Assembly (NCBI GenBank): GCA_044226855.1
Contig: JBGAGF010000013.1
Location: 95,507-159,506, forward strand
Reading direction: 5' to 3'
Origin: Aggregatilineales bacterium
GTDB taxonomy: Bacteria > Chloroflexota > Anaerolineae > Aggregatilineales > Phototrophicaceae
Length of the DNA stretch: 64,000 nt
Below, in pieces: positions 59,246-64,000 of the stretch. Under the pieces are notes generated by a model, which ran no database searches, had not been told where the DNA came from, and saw only the letters and a program-made list of their open reading frames with translations. Position 1 is the stretch's first letter; each line of letters opens with the position of its first letter. A program made the translations under genes and the position numbers.

Positions 59246-60868
59246 TTAATTCTTAATCTCAACCTGATGCGCATGGCGCACGAAATCCAGTTGGCTGAGC
59301 TCATCCAGTACCGGAGCAGGCAGAGGAGCATCCAAAGCCAGAACGGTGAGCGTATGACCACCCGGTTCGCGGCGTCCGGTATGCCAGCTGGCGATGTTGA
59401 CTTTGTTGGTCGCCATTAAGGTACCGACCTTGCCGATGACGCCCGGTTGGTCGAAGCTGCCCATCAATAACAGATGACCCTCCGGCACGAAATTCATCTT
59501 GTACTGGTTGATCTGGACGATGTGCGGTTCTTTGCCATCGAGCAGTGTTCCGGCCATCAGAATGGTTTCGCCGTCTTCCAGCGTCACCTGACAAGAAACC
59601 ATCGTCGCATAGTCACCGGTTTTCATGCCTTTGGTTTGCATCACCTGAATGCCGCGTTCAGCCGCCAGCACCGGCGCATTGACGGTGTTGACCTTGTCAC
59701 CGAGAACCGGTTGGAGCAACCCCTTCAAAATGGCGACGGCAATCGCTTTCACAAGCCCGCTCATTTCCTCACCGCGATACTCGACCGCGACGCGGCTCAC
59801 CGGACTGCGGGATAGGGCATGGATCATCTTGCCCACGCATTCCGCCAACCGCATGTAGGGCTGGGCTGTCTCAAAGTCCAACCCCGGCACATAAGGCATA
59901 TTCACAGCGTTACGGAAATCGATGCCATGCAGCGCATCTAAGACTTGCTTCACAATTTGTAGCGACAGGTCTTGCATGGCCTCAATCGTGTTATCGCCGA
60001 TGTGCGGCGTGTGAATGACGTTATCCAAACCGACTAAGGGGCTGTTATAAGGTGGCTCGTTTTTGTAAACATCGACTGCGACGCCTGCCAATTGACCATC
60101 TTTAACGGCTGCGGCAACAGCGGTTTCATCCATGACACTGCCGTGTGAGGCGTTAATCAGACGCGCTCCGGGCTTCATCTGGGCGAGTGTGTTGGCGTTG
60201 ATGATGTTGGCGGTTTCGGCGGTAGCAGCCACATGTAGTGATACGAAGTCGCTGCGCTGGAGCAGTTCTTTTAAGCCGACTAACTGAATGCGCTGGTCGA
60301 GGATTTGATCTTCATTGACGTAAGGATCATAGGCGAGGACGGTCATCCCAAAAGATAAGCAGCGTTTGGCGACGATGTTCCCCACGCGCCCTAGCCCGAT
60401 AATGCCGAGTGTTTTCTCGTAGAGCTGCGTGCCTGCCTGCCGCTTGCGGTCAAGAAGCCACCAGCCATCTTTGAGGCTGTCATGGGCAACAACTAAGCGT
60501 CGGCTGAGGGCCAGCATCAAGGCAATGGCATGTTCACCTGCGGCAATGGCGTTGGTGCCGGGTGTGTTCATCACAATAATACCGCGATTGGTGGCCGCTT
60601 CGATGTCGATGCCGTTCAAACCCGCGCCGACATGCCCGATCAACTTCAGATGCGGTGCTTGGTCGAGCAGCGCTTTATCAACACGCACATCGTCACGGGC
60701 GATCAAGGCATGGGCTTGAGCAAGGCCGTCCCGCACAGCGGAAGGCGTCACTTGATGGACAATAACATCGGATGTTTCATGGAGAATTTTGAGGCTGTTT
60801 TCAGCCAGATCGGTCGCGACAAGAATATGGAAAGTCGTCAACTTATTCCTCGTGTGCTTCTCAAGCAC
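59246..60868 (-). CDS. serA: D-3-phosphoglycerate dehydrogenase (with C-terminal ACT domain)
   Basis: NAD-binding GIIGLGRVG and the catalytic His/Glu/Arg region of D-2-hydroxyacid dehydrogenases. C-terminal ACT-like domain. Start (GTG at 60868 or internal TTG) uncertain. Confidence 0.8.
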   Translation of the reverse strand: MLEKHTRNKLTTFHILVATDLAENSLKILHETSDVIVHQVTPSAVRDGLAQAHALIARDDVRVDKALLDQAPHLKLIGHVGAGLNGIDIEAATNRGIIVMNTPGTNAIAAGEHAIALMLALSRRLVVAHDSLKDGWWLLDRKRQAGTQLYEKTLGIIGLGRVGNIVAKRCLSFGMTVLAYDPYVNEDQILDQRIQLVGLKELLQRSDFVSLHVAATAETANIINANTLAQMKPGARLINASHGSVMDETAVAAAVKDGQLAGVAVDVYKNEPPYNSPLVGLDNVIHTPHIGDNTIEAMQDLSLQIVKQVLDALHGIDFRNAVNMPYVPGLDFETAQPYMRLAECVGKMIHALSRSPVSRVAVEYRGEEMSGLVKAIAVAILKGLLQPVLGDKVNTVNAPVLAAERGIQVMQTKGMKTGDYATMVSCQVTLEDGETILMAGTLLDGKEPHIVQINQYKMNFVPEGHLLLMGSFDQPGVIGKVGTLMATNKVNIASWHTGRREPGGHTLTVLALDAPLPAPVLDELSQLDFVRHAHQVEIKN

Positions 60869-60960
60869 ATCACGTTTCAGACTTATGAAAGGTGATGAAC
60901 TAGGGGTTCAACTCATGATGGCAAGGAATAATAGCATCCGGCTATAGCGGAAGGAAGGGC

Positions 60961-61662
60961 TTACTGAGTGGCAAAGCGCTTACCGTGCCGGATGCACCAA
61001 TCCACATAGAAGCTGCTCACCAGATAAAAGATGGGGTAGGACAAGCTAATCAGGATCAGTGTGGGGGAAGGTTGTTCCTGCGTCAGCATATACAAAATCA
61101 TGGCTGCCCAGATCAGAGAGAGTATCCAGTTGGTTTTGCTGAAGAGTGGATTTTTGCTGGGATACAAATAGCGGGTCGGGATGAATGACAGAATCCCCGG
61201 AATGACGACCATCAAAATGGCGACCACAGGCTGGGGATGCAGCCAGAACAGATAGAGTGCGATGGCATTCCAATAGCTGGGGAAACCGAGGAAGAAGGCG
61301 TCATCGGTTTTCATATTGGTCTGACCATAGGCGTAGAGCGCCGCGATGACTGGTACAGCAGTCCAGAGCACACTGGGCAGCAAATTTTGCGAAGCCATGA
61401 TGAAAACCGGAACCCAGACGTAGGTGAGGACATCGATGACATTATCGATCATCGCCCCGTCAAAATTCGGCAGGATACGGCGAACACCGATTCGCCGCGC
61501 CAGCATTCCATCTGTACCGTCGATTAACATTGAGATGCCGAGCAGAAAGAAGGCGTGTCGTGGCTGTCCCTGTGCTGCCCAATAGAGAGCAAACATTCCT
61601 ACCACGCCACCCGACGCGGTATAGAGGTGTACGAGCCATGCAGCGATTTTTTGCTTAGGCAT
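60961..61662 (-). CDS. CDP-alcohol phosphatidyltransferase family protein (phosphatidylcholine synthase-like)
   Basis: DGTDGMLARRIG...D...D matches the CDP-OH phosphotransferase motif D-G-x2-A-R-x8-G-x3-D-x3-D. About 8 TM helices. Confidence 0.6.
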   Translation of the reverse strand: MPKQKIAAWLVHLYTASGGVVGMFALYWAAQGQPRHAFFLLGISMLIDGTDGMLARRIGVRRILPNFDGAMIDNVIDVLTYVWVPVFIMASQNLLPSVLWTAVPVIAALYAYGQTNMKTDDAFFLGFPSYWNAIALYLFWLHPQPVVAILMVVIPGILSFIPTRYLYPSKNPLFSKTNWILSLIWAAMILYMLTQEQPSPTLILISLSYPIFYLVSSFYVDWCIRHGKRFATQ

Positions 61663-61682
61663 GTGGATGTCCTATGGAAGTT

Positions 61683-62351
61683 TTATACGGTTTCGTTTAA
61701 TCGTTCCAGTACCTGATGTAGGGAGTCGAAAAGATTGTCTGTGACCCCTTGGAACGCCTCAATTCGCGTATGGGACAAATCGGGTACCGCGTAACAGGTC
61801 ATCCCTGCCGCGACGGCGGCTCTTGCGCCGTTCGGGCTGTCTTCAAGCGCTAGACAGTTTACAGGGTTTACACCCAAGGCTTTGGCCGCTTCAAGATAGA
61901 CGTATGGCTCCGGTTTGCCCGCGATGAGGTGCTCCGCCGAGCATCGCACCGGAATATACTTCGCCCAGCCTTGGTGACTGACGACGGCCTCTATAATCGC
62001 GCCGGGTGAACTTGAGGCAATTGCAGTCGGGATGCCATTGTCGACCGCGTAGTGGATTAGTTCTAATGCACCCGGCATTGGCTTGGCTTTGATTGGGATC
62101 AGCTTCAGCATCCGGCCAATGATGTCAGCTTGCAAGTCATCAAGGTCAGCCTGAATATTGTACTGATTAATCAACCTGCTCAAAAAAACATCGTTTCGCA
62201 GGCCGATCAAGCTCATGCGAACTTCGGCGTCCATTTTCACATTATAGACCGCGAGCATTTCGGTTTCGGCTTCTTCCCAAACCGGCTCGGTATCCACCAG
62301 CAGGCCGTCCATATCAAAAATGATTGCGTCAAATTGTCCGGGTCTGATCAT
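61683..62351 (-). CDS. HAD-IA family hydrolase (phosphatase/beta-phosphoglucomutase-like)
   Basis: Motif I DAIIFDMDG, motif II S, motif III K...EDS. Confidence 0.7.
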   Translation of the reverse strand: MIRPGQFDAIIFDMDGLLVDTEPVWEEAETEMLAVYNVKMDAEVRMSLIGLRNDVFLSRLINQYNIQADLDDLQADIIGRMLKLIPIKAKPMPGALELIHYAVDNGIPTAIASSSPGAIIEAVVSHQGWAKYIPVRCSAEHLIAGKPEPYVYLEAAKALGVNPVNCLALEDSPNGARAAVAAGMTCYAVPDLSHTRIEAFQGVTDNLFDSLHQVLERLNETV

Positions 62352-63193
62352 GTCGTCTCAAAAGCTTTCTTAAAGGCGGTTTTCAATTCACTGTCTTTAA
62401 TCATCATACCGATGTCGTTGGCGAGCGCTAGCCCTTTGTCAAATAGGTCTTTATAGGGTGTATTGGCAAGCCGTGTGTATCCTGCTGGCCCCACCGCTAA
62501 CGGCAAAATAGGCGCTAAGGAATTCACCGAGACAAAAATGTCCGCGCCGTTCATGACCTTTTCACGGCTGACTACGCCGCCAAAGCCCACGAACAAATCG
62601 ACCACTGGACGGGTCGCCAAGTCGGATGCGCCATCCCCAATCATCAATCGCCGTCCGTGTTTGCCCGCAGCCAGTGATTGAATGATGGCAGGCTTGCCAC
62701 TTGATACGGTCAGCGGCCCTTCATTGTAGTCGAGATATGTTTGGCGATGCTGCGTTTGTGGGTGGTAGTAATGCCACCAATCGCCGGAAAGCTCATTATA
62801 TTCCAGTTCAACGGCACGGATGTTTTCGGGCGGTACGCCTAACCGTTTGCCGAAACCGCGTACAGGTTCTGCCAGACCACCACTCACGATGAACACCTGC
62901 TTACCGAGGTGACGTAATGCGGCCAAGACTGCTTCAGCATCAGGAACAAGCGTGTCCCAGTAGCGCTCTTCAATGGCTTTCAATTCACCGCGTGTTGGGC
63001 GGATGGCTTGCAGCCGTTTGCCGTAGACCTCACTCAAGTCGAGGTCGCCATTCATGGCTTTTTCGGTTAAGACGCCAACGCGCCACTCTTTACCTTTAAA
63101 GCGTGCAAGTTCGTCAATACCTTCAATTGCCGAAAGGGTACTATCGCAATCAAAAAAGATGAGATCGAAGCTAGTCCAGCGAGTTTCATCCAT
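62348..63193 (-). CDS. phosphoserine phosphatase-like HAD-IB hydrolase with extra C-terminal segment
   Basis: DLIFFDCDSTL motif I typical of SerB-type HAD-IB. About 100 additional C-terminal residues. 4-bp overlap with the HAD gene. Confidence 0.55.
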   Translation of the reverse strand: MDETRWTSFDLIFFDCDSTLSAIEGIDELARFKGKEWRVGVLTEKAMNGDLDLSEVYGKRLQAIRPTRGELKAIEERYWDTLVPDAEAVLAALRHLGKQVFIVSGGLAEPVRGFGKRLGVPPENIRAVELEYNELSGDWWHYYHPQTQHRQTYLDYNEGPLTVSSGKPAIIQSLAAGKHGRRLMIGDGASDLATRPVVDLFVGFGGVVSREKVMNGADIFVSVNSLAPILPLAVGPAGYTRLANTPYKDLFDKGLALANDIGMMIKDSELKTAFKKAFETT

Positions 63194-63483
63194 AGGTTTT
63201 TGGGGTTTTCCTCATAAAACTATTGTTGCATTCTACTGTTTACCAAGAAATTTGTGAACCCTTCAGGCCTTTAAATTTTGTTAAACTTGCCTTGCGTACC
63301 CCCAAAAAGTGGGGGTGCCTAGTCGCTTATAGGATAAACCGCTATTGAGTCATTTTCACAATTTGTGCATAATGTCGGTATGAATTGATGTACTTTAACC
63401 GTTTCCCATCCTCAAAGTCTTAGTACTATTGTGGCTGGGAAATTTCATGTGTAGCCTGAACACTAACTGAAAGTTTGTACTCT

Positions 63484-64000
63484 ATGAATGTCGGTCGTAT
63501 ACTGATTGGCAAACCCCTCGAAACCAAAGATCTCATCCATCAAGCAATTAGTAAACCTGTCGGGCTAGCCGTTTTTGCCTCAGATGCATTATCTTCCACC
63601 GCTTATGCAACTGAAGAAATTCTCCTTATTTTGTCGCTTGCCGGCGGTGGCGCGGCGATTCTCGGCATATCGATTCCGATTGCTATCGCCATTGCGATTC
63701 TGCTAGCCATTGTCACTATTTCCTATCGTCAAACAATTTTCGCTTACCCAAAAGGCGGCGGTGCATACATTGTTGCCCGTGACAACTTTGGTGAAATTCC
63801 TGCTCAGGTGGCTGGCGCGGCACTTTTAACGGATTACATTCTGACGGTTGCCGTCAGTATCTCGTCCGGTGTGGCCCAAATTACATCGGCCTTCCCGGGT
63901 TTGCTCCCGTATCGCGTAGAAATCGCGGTGGCAGTCATCGTATTGATGATGGTTGTTAATCTGCGCGGAGTTAAGGAAAGCGGGCGTATTTTTGCGGTTC
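63484..64000 (+). CDS. APC family amino acid permease (3' end beyond window)
   Basis: ATG start. TM helices with the APC-like N-terminal cytoplasmic segment and GxG-containing TM1. ORF open to the end of the window. Confidence 0.7.
   Translation, partial: MNVGRILIGKPLETKDLIHQAISKPVGLAVFASDALSSTAYATEEILLILSLAGGGAAILGISIPIAIAIAILLAIVTISYRQTIFAYPKGGGAYIVARDNFGEIPAQVAGAALLTDYILTVAVSISSGVAQITSAFPGLLPYRVEIAVAVIVLMMVVNLRGVKESGRIFAV

Overview
This 64 kb window is mostly ordinary chromosomal DNA of a moderately GC-rich bacterium. Uma2/DUF820 endonucleases, DinB-family and GNAT genes, and many secreted lipoproteins make a Chloroflexota-like genome plausible, but that cannot be confirmed without a database search. 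Housekeeping genes I recognise from sequence include tRNA-Asn, infC-rpmI-rplT, lipB, lpdA, a 2-oxoacid dehydrogenase E2, hisS, serA, malQ, a GH13 amylase, a CPA2 antiporter with a P-II-like partner, a flotillin and two two-component system pairs. Several things go beyond housekeeping. (1) A dispersed non-coding repeat family of about 0.3-0.8 kb carries a near-identical 31-nt core in three places (6484, 24005 reverse complement, 42776), plus a core-less fragment at about 52215. Two of these abut IS insertions. (2) Two different TIR-domain genes, a TIR-FHA and a TIR-transmembrane-FGE/SUMF1-like fusion, are each interrupted by an internal deletion plus frameshift. (3) Three IS elements are present: an IS5 family element with a slippery site between the GH13 gene and malQ, and an IS3 family element (with an in-frame TAG in orfB) adjacent to an IS1 family element. 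(4) Ribosomal protein L20 is fused to a roughly 150-aa Ala/Pro/Lys-rich plus helix-hairpin-helix tail. (5) An orphan Flp-type pilin-like gene has a Cys-rich C-terminal extension. (6) A minus-strand operon links serB-like, HAD, CDP-alcohol phosphatidyltransferase, serA and two paralogous GT-C glycosyltransferases. No CRISPR array or rRNA gene was seen.
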